Positions 40,761-53,617 are shown, numbered from the stretch's first letter. The stretch: 64,000 nucleotides of DNA from Felis catus (GCF_018350175.1 NC_058373.1:101992001-102056000), one strand, 5' to 3'. The notes: generated by a model from the sequence alone, not told the origin. Numbers and translations are program-made.

Positions 40761-41258
40761 ACAGCACTTCTGCCACCATGTCCCATCATAAGTCAAATGA
40801 CATCAAAGTGGCAGATTTAGGACCATCAAGGTTAAAGAAAGCACTGCAATTAGTTCTTAAGGTAACAGAATAAATCTGAAGAGCATGAGGTCAACCAAAT
40901 AAGAGACGTTTCCATGGAATGACTGTGGTTGTGTTTTTGCAGGGGAGTTGGGTTTTTTCTTTGTTGTTTTAATTTGGCCCACACTGCCCCAGTGGAGGAA
41001 ATTTCAGGTAGTCATTAATAAGGCAACAGCTTCCTGGAAGAAAAGACCTATATACCACTTGAACAGTTACACTGAAGACAAGACCCACAGGGACCACAAG
41101 AGGAGCCAATATGGGGGCTTCCTATATTTTCCAGTAATTCCAGAAAATTACAGTGCATTTTCATAGGCACCAACAATGCAGCTTTCATTAAACATTGGGT
41201 ATCGGTCACAATGCAGTCCACGGTTAGTTCATTCTGCCATCTTTCATATTCACAGAAG

Positions 41259-41274
41259 CTATGGTTCTGCAGAC
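41259..41274 (-). CDS. GCH1: Alternative terminal coding segment (T)-S-A-E-P-stop, GCH1 type II-like truncated isoform
   Basis: cattttcag|G TCT GCA GAA CCA TAG, in phase with exon 5 (ends AC); same SAEP tail as the truncated human isoform I recall. Confidence 0.7.
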
Positions 41275-42011
41275 CTGAAAATGACGGACGTTCTCAAAAG
41301 TTTCTGGAAATACATAGAAAAATACTTGATAAGACTTTAAAAAAAGTTTTGAGGCATCTACAAGGAATACACAAAGTAAGCTTGCAAGAGACTTCTAAAG
41401 GTAAAATTGTGAGGACTAGTTATTTGCAGTGTTGGTACTTAAGTCTCATAAAATAATGGCTTTTTAAAAAAATGGCAAAGGTAGCTACACTCTAAGTGGT
41501 GTGATATTCGCATCAAGGCACAGAGAGTTAAATGTCTAAATCCCTGTATGTTGACATGGGAATACATTCGTAAACAAAAGGAACAAATTCTTTGTACTTG
41601 AATTCAAAAAAGAACAGAAAGTAGAAACGTGACAGTAAAATCAAAAACATAGATATCCTACCACCTTCCCTTTCATGACTAACATTATAACTGGACACTT
41701 AAAAAATAAATATATAAAAAATAAAGTGCCCTGGCAGTTTATGAAATGTGATTATGGTGGAGCCTGTTGGACTTTGTGTTTGCAGAGCAATGCTGCATGC
41801 TGTACAGGAATTATTTTAAGCACTACACCATTTTTGTTTGGGGAGGGGAAAAAAAAAAACAGTATATTGGCCATAATTTCCTCCCATTCCCAAAATTCCT
41901 ACGCTTATGAACCCAATTACCATAGTATTTGAACAAAATACTTGAGTTTTTCTTCCTTTCCAGCACCCAATGGTTATCCAAATGGCAGTGATTTTGTGCA
42001 TGTAACTTACA

Positions 42012-42102
42012 CTATTTGGCAGTTTCCTTGACAGTTACCACTAAAAGGTGGCAAGAAGAAAGTAGAGGGCTCACCCCTTTATTAATTATTTTTATTTCAT
42101 TG
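42012..42102 (-). CDS. GCH1: Candidate alternative terminal coding segment (T)NEIKIINKGVSPLLSSCHLLVVTVKETAK*
   Basis: atttatag|C AAT GAA..., in phase with exon 5 and similar to the recalled human alternative tail KSNKYNKGLSPLLSSCHLFVAILK; weak acceptor. Confidence 0.4.
42078..42096 (-). terminator. Two proximal AATAAA hexamers (candidate alternative polyadenylation)
   Basis: tttatt at 42078-42083 and 42091-42096, ~150-170 nt after the stop codon; use not shown. Confidence 0.35.
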
Positions 42103-42247
42103 CTATAAATAATTATTAAACACAATTAGTGACAAGGGATAAAGTTCACATCTGTAACAACTGGAAACGGAATGTACAAACAGTTAAGACCAGACAAACA
42201 ATGTTTCTAGTGGCACAATCTGCAAACCACAGGACACACGCTGAAGT

Positions 42248-42374
42248 TCAGCTCTTAATGAGAGTTAGAAACTCTTCCCGAGTCTTTGGATCTTCCCGGA
42301 ACACACCCAACATCGTGCTGGTCACAGTTTTGCTGTTCATTTTCTGTACCCCTCGCATTACCATACACATGTGT
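42248..42374 (-). CDS. GCH1: GTP cyclohydrolase I, terminal exon 6 coding part (127 nt including TGA)
   Basis: ttttgtag|A CAC ATG TGT...AAG AGC TGA; (T)[41 protein letters not shown], including the HMCM motif with the third zinc-ligand Cys. Confidence 0.98.
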
Positions 42375-43283
42375 CTACAAAACAAGACAACAAAGGTGGC
42401 TTAAAGAAATCGACAGTTGCTGGTTTGGTTTTTAAAGTAAGAAGCAAGCCAAAAAGTTAAATCTGATTATACTGAGTTCACAGCTACCAGCTGTATCCAA
42501 TATCACTTCTTAGACAGATTTGACCTGAAGTTTTCATTAAGTTTCTCAGTGGTTGAGTCTTTGATGCATCTAGCAGAAGGGGAAAAAAAGGAATTTTCTT
42601 TCTTGTGAAAATACTACAAGGGGTCCGCAGAAATACGACAACTTCTGGATAAAAAGAAATACAGAATTTTCACTTGAACAATCTTTAGGACCCAGACAAC
42701 ACAATGCTAGCTTAGGTGCTAGGAGAAACACTGAAGTATGCTGGTCTCACCAGGCGAATCCAGAGAACGGTGACCACAGTGAGCCTAAGCAACCTGATGA
42801 GGCCAGACAGCATGCACAGCACAGAACTCATGCCATGCCAGGAGAATGGAGAAGATGTGCGCAATTCCCGTAATTCATTCTCACTTAAATAAGTGTCTTC
42901 AGGTGCCCTGTGCACACAGTCTTAGCTCCATTTTTTAAAACGTGTGACAAAATATCAGGAAAAGTCTGCATAGAGCAACAAAGAGCTAAAGAAGAAATCA
43001 AGAGAAGACATAAAATGCCACGGTTGCACACATCACGACACGGATGACTCCCTACACCTCCATAACCCTCACCAAAAACAAAACAAAGCCTGTCTCCTGC
43101 ACCCAGGTTCCTATATCAACAACACAGTAAATCAAAGAAAGAGGTTAAAAAAAAGCTTCAGTCTCAGAGACAGAAAATGGGACAGTGTCAATTGTGTGCC
43201 ACCACCCAGCGCTGGGAAAAGAGCAGCACTAAATATCACTTCCATGCACCACAAGGACATTATGAAAGGCAAACATAGACTTA

Positions 43284-43394
<111 letters not shown>

Positions 43395-44329
43395 TTAGGA
43401 GTCTGACACACCCAGCCGTCTTTAGTGTATTTGTTGTCTTTAGAATATCTGAAGTCTTAAAAAGCAGACTTCTGTGAGGTTTGAGAGCCAAGGCACACCA
43501 GCTTTTCCCAGTTTGCTTTCTCTGCTGCCTGGCCCACAGAGGGCAGCTGTTCAATTCCCTCACCTGCAGAATAAGTACTGACGGGGGCTCAGCACCACTG
43601 GAGGGAATGGTAAGAATGACAGCTGTCTCTTAGGTGTGCAGTGAGACCAACAGAATATTGATAACAAGCACCTCCATGCAAATGGACAAGTAGCTCGCAA
43701 CAGGATTAACAAAGGCGCTACAGTCCAAGTATTGAATTGTATGTAAAGCTGGAGACCAACCATTTAACCCTACGCAATGCAGTTCCTGTGCTGAATAAAC
43801 AACTCGTCTCTGAAAACACATTAAGAGTGTTCACTGCAGGCAGCACTGCATCTATTTGAAAACTGACAAAATTTTCAAACATCTATTAGAGCAGGAAATG
43901 GTTAAATCAAGCCCCAGCACAGCCGTACAATGGAATGCTAAACAGCCAGCAAAATCAATGAGATAGTTATGTGCATGTGGGGAAAAAAAATGTTTTATTT
44001 GTTAAGTGAAAAAAAATAGGGGGAAAAAAGTGAAGCCCATTACATACAATATGAGGACATTTAAAAATATAATAAAAATAAATTGAAAAAAAAATAAATT
44101 GATTTCAAAATGTTGGTAGATGCATGAAATACGAAGGAGTGTGCAAATACATCAATGATTTCTTCTGGAGGCTTGAAACACTGCAGACTTTCTCTTTCTA
44201 TCTTATATTCCTATGAGGTTTTGATTTTGGTAAGTCGCATGTATTCTACTTGAAATAAGAACAACAACCAAAAATACTTTTTCCTTAAGAAAAAAATGTT
44301 TTTCTGTAAATAAATGTTTAAAAATTTAC

Positions 44330-44361
44330 CTTGTAATCGTCTACTATAGATTTCTACAATC
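44330..44361 (-). CDS. GCH1: GTP cyclohydrolase I, exon 4 (32 nt)
   Basis: ttttctag|G ATT GTA GAA ATC TAT AGT AGA CGA TTA CAA G|gtaaat; (R)IVEIYSRRLQ(V). Confidence 0.97.
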
Positions 44362-45452
44362 CTAGAAAAGAAAGAATCGTTTTAGTTAATCATAAATTAG
44401 TTTGAAGTGGAATTCATAAGCTTCTTCAAAAGACTAAAAGGACTTTATTGAAGCAATTGTAGGGTGTGGGCAGGAGATTGAATCTTCTAAGAGGGGAAAA
44501 GATACAAAAACTAATGGAAATGAGAAGAGGGAGGGTCTTGAGGAGACCACGAAGCATGACACAGAGTGGTACTTCCCAATGTCCCCAAAGAGAGAGAATT
44601 AGATGAACATTCACTTAGGAAAAACACAATGGGACGTAAGTTTAGAGCTCCCAAGTCATCAATTTTAGGCCAAGTCTCAAGTGTTCTAATTAATCATATT
44701 GTTTAATCACAGCTTAAAGTTCAAGTTAAAAATAAAAGACTATTTGTTAATTAATAGCAGGCCACTGTCAACTATTGTACCCACTAAACCTATTAGGATA
44801 ATCAGATTAGAACTGAACAGACTTCTTCAGACATCTCTTTATAAGATAGATCTATATAAGCACTCAATACGATTAACTCCCCAAATTAAAAGCCTGCTGA
44901 TCTTAGCTTATAACACAATCTGTCAAGTGATGGATTTTCCACTTTCAACATCTTTCACTCTAACTTGTGAAATGTAAAGATGGCCACGTGAATTACTCAT
45001 TTGAGGATAACAATTCACGTTAAGGATCTTTTTTTCAAAATTTGGCTTTTTAGTCCTGAATTTGGACTCAATTTAAGGATCACCTCACCTATGAGGCATT
45101 TTATGGCTCTTCCTCCCACCATTATGCTGCTCAGATAAAACTGAAAAGTTGTTCCTTTATATCCATTACAGCCAATAAAGTCAGTAATGGGTATGCCACC
45201 CTGTTTACCACTCATCCTGAAGGCAGGAGCCACCCTGATTCTTCTTTGTGTTTCTAGTAGATTTATAACATTGAAGGAATACATGTTTTCAATTTTGAAC
45301 AAAAACCTGAGGAAGGATGGTATTCAAGCTCCTGGATAGGTCTCATTTCTTCCAGACCAAATCTTTCTATATATTTCTTCTGACAGTTCTCCAGTTGATT
45401 ATTTTCTGTTGTATTAATAGGAGATGCCATTAATTTAAAAATTAGTAATGTC

Positions 45453-45660
45453 GGGGTGCCCGGGTGGCTCTGTCTTGATTTCAGCCCAGGTCACAATCTG
45501 ACAGTTCATGAGATGGAGCCTGCATCGCACTCCATGCTGACAGTGTGGAGTCCGCTTGGGATAATCTGTCTCCCTCTCTCTCTGCCCCTCCCCAGCTGCG
45601 TGTGCTCTCCTTCCCTCTCTCTCTCAAAAATAAACTTTAAATAAATAAATAAAATAAAAA
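45453..45660 (+). mobile_element. SINEC (GCH1 intron 3)
   Basis: TSD AAAATTAGTAATGTC. Confidence 0.92.
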
Positions 45661-46106
45661 TTAGTAATGTCTTCCTTCTCATAGTCATTTCTTTCTCTCG
45701 AGAATTTCAGGTGCAACATTAGACAACAGTGATAATATTAGGCATCCATATTTTGCTCTACACTTTAACAGGAATGCCTCCAACATTTGCTATCACCCAT
45801 GATGCCTGCCTGTTTCTGGCAGATAGCCACTCTCCTGCCAAAGGAAAGCCATTCATGTAGATCATTAATTGAGTGCCTTCTACATGTATGATTACGTGAT
45901 AAGCAGGGCCCCTGTGCTCAGAGAGTTTATAATTTATTCCTAGTTTATTCATTTTTCATTTTTAAGTAAGCAGTAGGCATTGAACCTCTGTCTTCTCAGC
46001 ATTAAAAATAATCATATAGCTTCCCTGAATTAAAAAAAAAATCTTTATTTTTCCCTCTTCCTTGAAGATAATTTGTTGAGAGGTATTTGTTGAAAGTAGA
46101 ATTCTA

Positions 46107-46310
46107 GGGGGACCTGGGTGGCTCAGTCGGTTGAGTGTCTGACTTTGGCTCAGGTCATGATCTTGCAGTTTGTGAGTTCAAGCCCGATGCTGGGCTCTGT
46201 GCTGATAGCTCAGAGCCTGGAATCTGCTTTGGATTCTGAGTCTCCCCCTGCCTCTCTCTCTGTCCCTTCCCCCACTCACACTGTCTCTCAAAAATAAGCA
46301 AATATTAAAA
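46107..46310 (+). mobile_element. SINEC (intron 3)
   Basis: Consensus element; TSD AGAATTCTA. Confidence 0.92.
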
Positions 46311-46847
46311 AGAAAGAATTCTAATTTGACACTGATATTTGCCTTTTAACGTTGCCATTAGCAAACAATCATCAGTCTAATTGTCATTACCCTCTTAGGT
46401 AATATTTTTCTCTGCCACTGCTTTTATGACATTTCAGAATGTGTACCCTGAGGTTTTTTATGTTGTGTCAGATGGGGGTTTAATTTTATTTGCCCTGTTT
46501 GGGATTCATTAGGGTCCCTAAATCTAAAGACTATGTTTTTTTCCATGTGCTCCCCAAACCTTTTCAGCCATTACCTTCTCTAATATTGCACCTACCCCAT
46601 TACCTCTGTGATCTCCAGGAATTTCAATCAAGGACATTAGACCTCTTCAGTCTTCCATATCTCTTACATTCTCACTCATATTTTCCACCTAGCCCTCTGT
46701 GTTACATTCTGTGCAATTTCTTCAGACCTTTCTTCTAGTTCACTATTTTTTACTGTGTCTAACCTGCTATTTAATGTAACTGTATTGGGCTTCAATCCAA
46801 TTATCACTTTTTTTTCCTAGAAGTTTTTTTTTTTTATAAGAAGAACC

Positions 46848-47053
46848 TTTTTTTTTTTTTTTTTTTTGAGACAGAGAGGGACAGAGCATGAACAGGGGAG
46901 GGGCAGAGAGAGAGGGAGACACAGAATCCGAAGCAGGCTCCAGGCTCTGAGCTGTCAGCACAGAGCCCAACACGGGGCTCAAACTCACGAACTGTAAGAT
47001 CATGACCTGAGCCGAAGTCAGACGCTTAACTGACTGAGCCACCCAGGTGCCCC
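46848..47053 (-). mobile_element. SINEC (intron 3)
   Basis: Consensus element with a long T tract. Confidence 0.93.
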
Positions 47054-48327
47054 AGAAGTTTTGTTTTAATCTAATTCTGAAAATTTGCCAAACTTTCGGT
47101 ACTCTTATTTTCTAACGTATTCGTTGTATATTCTGCATCTGCTAGCTTCAGTCTCTTCCCTGTTTGACTATTTGTTTCATCTGACTCTGACCCACGGTAG
47201 GTTTGTGGTTTTTTTTGTTTTTGTTTTTACTTTTGGTGAACTCATGCTCCTTGGAATTCTTTGAAGCTGAAATAAAAGTGCATCAGAGAATGAGCACTTG
47301 TCTCTGCAAGGTGCTGGAAGGCTACCTCATTGGCAACCTCTGAAATTAAATTACTGCCTTGGGTTTTCTGAGGACCACACATGGTGATGTGAATTTTGAA
47401 CCCAAATCCTTGTGAATACATAATTATGGGTTCTTTTTCTTGCACTCCCCAGAACAAAGCTAACAGGTAATATCTCTCCCAATTTGGGGTGGGATAGGGA
47501 GGACAGAAGTCTGACTTTGACTCCAGTGCCAGCTAATTCTTGTGAATTCTCACTGGAATTGCTTACACTTCCACCAATGTTTGAAATGCTCACACACATT
47601 ATATCTCAGTATGCTATACTAGGAGGGATATCATTACCATCTAGTTTACCATACTCCCAGAATCTATAGTTCTTGGAGTTAACCTCCTTGGGTCATGATG
47701 AAAACAATACTTGTGCCTGTTAGAGGAGTTTTTTGGGGTTTTTTTGTTTGTTTTTGGTATTTAGGATTTTTACAACTACATTTATAAGTGAGATTAGTCT
47801 ATAATCTTTTCAAATGCTAGCTTTACCAGACTTTTACCAGGAATAGGTAGCTTTATCAAATTAATTGTATAGCTTCTCAGGTTTACCTGAATAATTTATG
47901 CAACATTGGAATTAGTGGTTACTTGGAAGTTGCCTATTAAATTGACCATCCACTCCTTTCCCTCCCACCCAACTCACATTACTTTGACTTTTTCTAATGG
48001 TTACTAGTCTATATAAGTTTTCCAACTCTTGGTTCATTCCCTTCTCCATCTTTTTTTTTTTTAACTTATTAAGATGTAAAGTTTCTAAAACATACTTTTA
48101 GTTACATAGCCTCTCATTTCTAGGTATAAATCTTTCTCCTCTCAGACTTCTAAGCAATCTATGATGTATGATCTTTTTGGTTTATGTTTTCTATTCTTTT
48201 TTAATTTTCTAATTTAATCATTTGATTTTCTTCTTTCCCATTTGTTCTATTAGCTTGCTTTACAATTTCTTTTTCTTTAAAAAACATATTGGATGCTTAA
48301 TTTACTTGTAGTGTTTCTTTAAAAAAA

Positions 48328-48538
48328 TTTTTTTTTTAATGTTTATTTATTTTTGAGAGAGACAGAGACAGAATGCAAGTAGGTTAGGGGCAGAGGGAGA
48401 GGGAGACACAGAATCCGAAGCAGGCTCCAGGCTCCAAGCTGTCAGCACAGAGCCCGACGGGGCTCAAACTCACAAGCTATGAGATCATGACTTGAGCCGA
48501 AGTCAGTCGCTCAACCCACTGAGCCACCCAGGCGCCCC
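48328..48538 (-). mobile_element. SINEC (intron 3)
   Basis: TSD TGTAGTGTTTCTT. Confidence 0.93.
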
Positions 48539-48599
48539 TGTAGTGTTTCTTATTTAATAATGCAAGCATTTGTAGCTAAAAATTTATCTCCAAAGTGCA

Positions 48600-51120
48600 G
48601 GTTTTTAAAATTTTCATCTTTACTGAGGTATAATTGACATAAAAATTATAAAGATATTTACAAGTGTAGGTAAGATATTTAAAGTGTAGACTGTGATTTG
48701 ATATATGATGCACTGTGGAAAAATCCCATCTAGTCAATTAATACACCCATCACCTCACATATTTATCTTTTTTTTCCCCCAGTAAGAACAATGAACACTG
48801 GAGTACAGATGTCTCTTCAATATCCTATCTTTATTTCCTTTGGATATATACCCACAAGTAGGATTGCTGAATCATATGCTAGTTCTATTTTTAATTTTTT
48901 GAAAAATCCCCATACTGTTTTCCATAGAGGCTGCACCAGTTTACATTCCCACCAAGAAAGTACAAGGATTCCCTTTTCTCCACAGTCCCACCAATACTTA
49001 TATCTTTTTTATAATTCTGTAGCCATGCTAACAGATATGAGGTGATATGTCATTGTGGTTTTGATTTGCATTTCCCTAATGATTAGTGAAACTGAGCACC
49101 TTTCACTTACCTGTTGGCCATATGTATAACTTCTTTGGAGAAATGTCTTTTCAGTTCATTTGCCCATTGTTAAAAATTGGATTGTTTCTTTGCTATTGTG
49201 TTGTAGGAGTTCTTTATATTTTTTTGCACATTAACCCCTTACCAGTTATGTAACTTGGAAATATTTTCTCCCATTCTGTAGGTTGCTTTTTCATGGTTTC
49301 CTTTGCTATGCAAAAGTCTTAGTTTGATGCAGTCCCACTTATTTTTTATTTTGTTGCTTTTACTTTTCCAGAAAATCATCACCAAAACCATTGTCAAGGA
49401 GCTTACCCTCATGTTTTCTTCTAGTTTTATGGTTTTAGGTCTTATGTTCAATCTGTTTTGAGTGGATTTCTGTGTATGGTATAAGAAAGGTATCCAGTTT
49501 TCCTAACACCATTTTTTAAAGTTCATTGATTTTTTTTTAGTAATTTCTGCTCCCAACATGGAGCTCAAACTCATGAACCCAACATGAAGATCACACACTC
49601 TACCTACTGAGCCAGCTAGGTGCCCCCCCCCCCCATACCATTTGTTGAAGAGACTATCCTTTTTCCATTCCTTGCCCCTTTGTCATAAACTGGTCATATA
49701 CGCATGGGTTTATTTCTGAGCTCTCTATTCCATACCTTTGGCCTCTATGTCTGTTTATATGCCGTTGCCATTCTGGTTTGATTTTATAGCTTTGTAATTT
49801 AGTTTAAAATCATAAAGTGTGATACCTCCAGCTTTTTTGTTCTTTCTCAAGATGGCTTTGACTATTCAGGGTCCTTTGTGGTTCCATACAAATTTTAGGA
49901 TCATTTTTTCTATTTCTGTGAAAATGCTGTTGGAATTTTGAAAGGGATTGCATTGAACCTATAGATTATTTTAGGTAGCATGGACATTTTAACAATATTA
50001 ATTCTTTTAATCCAATAACATGAGATATTTATTTGTATCTTCTTCAGTTTCTCTCATTAATGTCTTATAGTTTTCAGTGTACAGATATATCACCTCTTTG
50101 ATAAAATTTATTCCTAGGTATTGGTGCAATTGTAAATAGGATTGTTTTCTTAATTTCTTGGACAGTTTGTTAACGTATAGAAACACACTGACTTCTGGAT
50201 ATTAATTTGTATCCTTTATAATTTATTAGTTCTAACAGGTTTTTGATGGAGTCTTAAAGTTTTTTTCTTAAATTTATTTATTTTCAGAGACAGTGAGATT
50301 GTGTGGAGTATGTATGAGAGAGGGGCAGAGAGAGAGAGAGGGAGAGAATCCCAAGCAGGCACCATACTGTTAGCACTGAGCCCAACATGGGGCTCAATCC
50401 CACGAACCATGAGATCATGACCTGAGCCGAAATCAAGAGTTGGATACTCAACTGACTGAGCCACCCAGGTGCTCCTTTAGGGTTTTCTATATATAATATC
50501 ATGTCATCTGCAAATAGAGACAGTTTTGTCTCTTCCTTTCTGACCTTGATGCTTTTTTCTTGTTGTATTGCTCTGGCTAGTATTTCTGATGCTACATTGA
50601 ATTAAAGTGGTGAAATAGGGTATCCAGGTGTTCTTGTGTTGTTCCTGATATTAGCTGAAAGCTTTTCCTCATTGACTATGAAATTAGCTATGGGCTTCTC
50701 ATATATGGCCTTTATTATGTTGAGGCACATTGCCTTTATATCCAGTTTGTTGAGAGTTTTCATCACAGATGGATGAATTTTGTCAAATGTTTTTCTACAT
50801 CTGTTGAGATTACCATATGACGTATACTTCATTTTGTTAATGTGGTTTATCATTGCATACGTTGAAACATCCTTGTATGCCTGGAATAAATCCCCCTGGA
50901 TCAGAGTGTATGATCCTTTTAATGTATTGTTCAATTCAGTTTGCTGGTATTTTGCTGAGAATTTTTATATCTATGTTTGTCAGGGATATTGGCTTATAGT
51001 TTTCTTGTATAATTTTCTGTTTCAATATCAGGTTTAATGCTGGCCTTGAGAAATGAATTTGAAAGTATTCCCTCCTATTCTATTTTTTAGAAGAGTTTGA
51101 AGAGGATTGGTATTAATTTC
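48600..51120 (-). mobile_element. Decayed L1 ORF2/3' fragment, sense to GCH1, interrupted by SINECs (~49510-49628, ~50260-50475)
   Basis: ORF2-like remnants in ORFs 50602-50934 (KTFDKI...NIIKAIYEKPIAN) and 49239-49451 (NIRPKTIKLEEN...KWDCIKL). Confidence 0.88.
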
Positions 51121-51562
51121 AAAATGCAGTTTTTTACTTTGAATTGCACACACTGACATACAGTGTTTGTATCATTATGATTTTCTATCACATCAAAGGA
51201 ATTTAAAAGAAATTTAACTTCCAAATAGTTGGTTTTTAAAAATAATTTATTAATATATAGTTTCTTATTACACAATAGTCTATTCATTTTTTTTAAGTTA
51301 CAGCTAGTTTTTGACCAAAATCCTATTACTCTGCTTTGTATATCCTTTTTTGTACATCTCAATCAAACATTGAGAGGTAATTGGTGTTCCCACTCACTTC
51401 TTTGGAGTTTGTCAGTTTCTCTATGTATTTCATCTAGCTCCTGTTCTGTTTTGAACCCATTTGACAAAAAAAGATTCATGACCACTTTTATTATGCAAAC
51501 TTCAATATAAGAGGACCCACCTTGTCTCCTTTGACAAATTTTGCATTTTCAGCTTTTGTAAT

Positions 51563-51738
51563 TTTTTTTTTTTAGAGAGAGTGAGCATGAGTGGGGGAGG
51601 GGCAGGGAAAAGGAGAGAGAAAATCTCAGGCAGGCTCTGCACTTCCAATGAGGGGCTCAATCCCAAGACCCTGGGATCATGACCTGAGCCAAAATCAAGA
51701 GTCAGACACTTAACCAACTGAACCATACAGGCATCCCT
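51563..51738 (-). mobile_element. SINEC
   Basis: Consensus element. Confidence 0.9.
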
Positions 51739-52715
51739 GTAATTTTTTTTAAATAAAGGGCGCATGATTAGGTACTTATAAAATCTGTGTTAGGTCCTGT
51801 TTCCTGTGTTGCATTATGCTTTCTCTCCTCTTCCTCCTCCTATGACAACTGGAAAAGTAACCTGGTGACACCTTTGCAGGTAGATGGTATAATTTAACCC
51901 TTGCAAATCTTAACAGTATTTTTGATGCCTTCATATAACTTGACTTGTCACCAGGCTGCAAATTCTCAACCATGGCTAGAGCAAAGAGCAAAACAAGCAG
52001 CAGAGGGTAGAGCTGGATCACAGTGGGACTTGCCAGCTCAAGTAAGGAGTTTGAACTTTATCTTAAAAGCTATGGGGAGCTACATCAAATCCACACTTTA
52101 GAAAGTACATCCTAATAGTGTATGAGAGCAGATTTAAGGATGCAGAGAGATTAGAGGCAAGGAGGAGTTCAGGGTTTTATAATCCAAGAAGAACATATGC
52201 AAGGCCCAACAGAGTGGCAGCAAGGATAGCAAGAAGGCAGCATGGTAACAGGAGGGAAGTGGGGGTGCTGTAGGAGGTCAGTGAGCATACAACAGCAATG
52301 GATGGATTCCTTCTCACTCCTTGCACCAAAATACATTCCAGATGGAGTGAAGATTTAAATATAAAAATAAGGCCATAAAAATAACCCAAAAACATGAGTT
52401 TATGACTACATAAAAATTTTAAACTTCTTTATGGAAAAATGATATTATCGAACAAAATCAGAAGACAAATGACAAACCTGGAAAAATTATTCGCAGCACC
52501 TGACCTAACTGGTTTAACATTCAAAGACCTCATACAAATCAGTAATAAAAAGATAAGCAATCCAATGGAAAAATTAGCAAAGGCTAACTAAGAGAAGGCA
52601 GTTTCTATAAAGATTCAAACTCTATTAAAAAAAATGCAAGTTTTAAAATTGCAAATTAAAACAGTAAGTACCCTATCCCATTTATCAGTTTGGCAAAGAT
52701 TGAAAAGTGTGATGA

Positions 52716-52948
52716 GGGGCGCCTGGGTGGCTTAGTTAGTTAGATTGCCGACTTTGGCTCAGGTCATGATCTCATGGTTTGTGAGTTCAAGCCCTGAGTC
52801 AGGCTCTGTGCTGACAGCTCGGAGCCTGGAGCCTGCTTCAGATTCTGTGTCTCCCTTTCTCTCTCTGTCTCTCCCTTGCTGTCACTCTCTGTCTCTCTCT
52901 CTCTCTCTCTCAAAAATAAATAAACATTAAAAAAATTTAAAAAAAAAA
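52716..52948 (+). mobile_element. SINEC
   Basis: TSD AAAAGTGTGATGA. Confidence 0.93.
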
Positions 52949-53131
52949 GTGTGATGAAACTCAGTGTTGGCAAAAGTGGAGAAACACACACACCCTTTGA
53001 CCTATTATTAGAGTATAAATTGATATGCTCTTTTTTAGAGAACAATTTAGTAATAGCAAAAATTTGGCTACCCTGAACCCAACAATTTAATTTCGGTAAT
53101 TTACACTATACAAAACATGTTCACCAAAGCA

Positions 53132-53356
53132 TTTTTTCTTTTTTCTTTTTTTTTTTTTAACGTTTATTTATTTTTGAGACAGAGACAGAGCATGAACGGG
53201 GGAGGTCACAGAGAGAGGGAGACACAGAATCTGAAACAGGCTCCAGGCTCTGAGCTGTCAGCACAGACCCCGATGCGGGGCTCGAACCCACGGACCGTGA
53301 GATCATGACCTGAGCCGAAGTCAGACGCTTAACCGACCAAGCCACCCAGGCACCCC
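53132..53356 (-). mobile_element. SINEC_Fc
   Basis: Consensus element. Confidence 0.93.
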
Positions 53357-53361
53357 TCTAC

Positions 53362-53440
53362 TTTTTTCTAAAATATGAAATTTATTGTCAAATTGGTTTC
53401 CATACAACACCCAGTGCTCATCCCAACAGGTGCCCTCCTC
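53362..53440 (-). mobile_element. ~80-bp 3' terminus of a young felid L1
   Basis: Minus strand gaggagggcacctgttgggatgagcactgggtgttgtatggaaaccaatttgacaataaatttcatatt plus an A-rich tail. Confidence 0.8.
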
Positions 53441-53617
53441 TTTTGACAACAGTCTTAAACTGTAAACTCTCTATCAAAGACTGATTAAATGAATTATATT
53501 AAACAATTAAAGAAATACTATGTAGCCATTAAAAGGGAGTCAGACTTTCTGGACTAAAAGGTGTCCAAAGGACTTCAAGGTTTTTTAATTAAAACAAAAA
53601 CAAAAACAAAAACACAA

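Larger units (their letters stand above)
39980..42247 (-). other. GCH1: GCH1 3' UTR (~2.3 kb, end approximate)
   Basis: Largely repeat-free AT-rich sequence after the TGA. The proximal part resembles the human GCH1 UTR as I recall it. Ends after ATTAAA (40001-40006) followed by GU/U-rich sequence. Confidence 0.75.

Noticed and set aside
43533..43546. CCCACAGAGGGCAG CTCF-like motif in intron 4
   Set aside because: Two mismatches in the 5' half; plausible but not distinguishable from chance without ChIP data.
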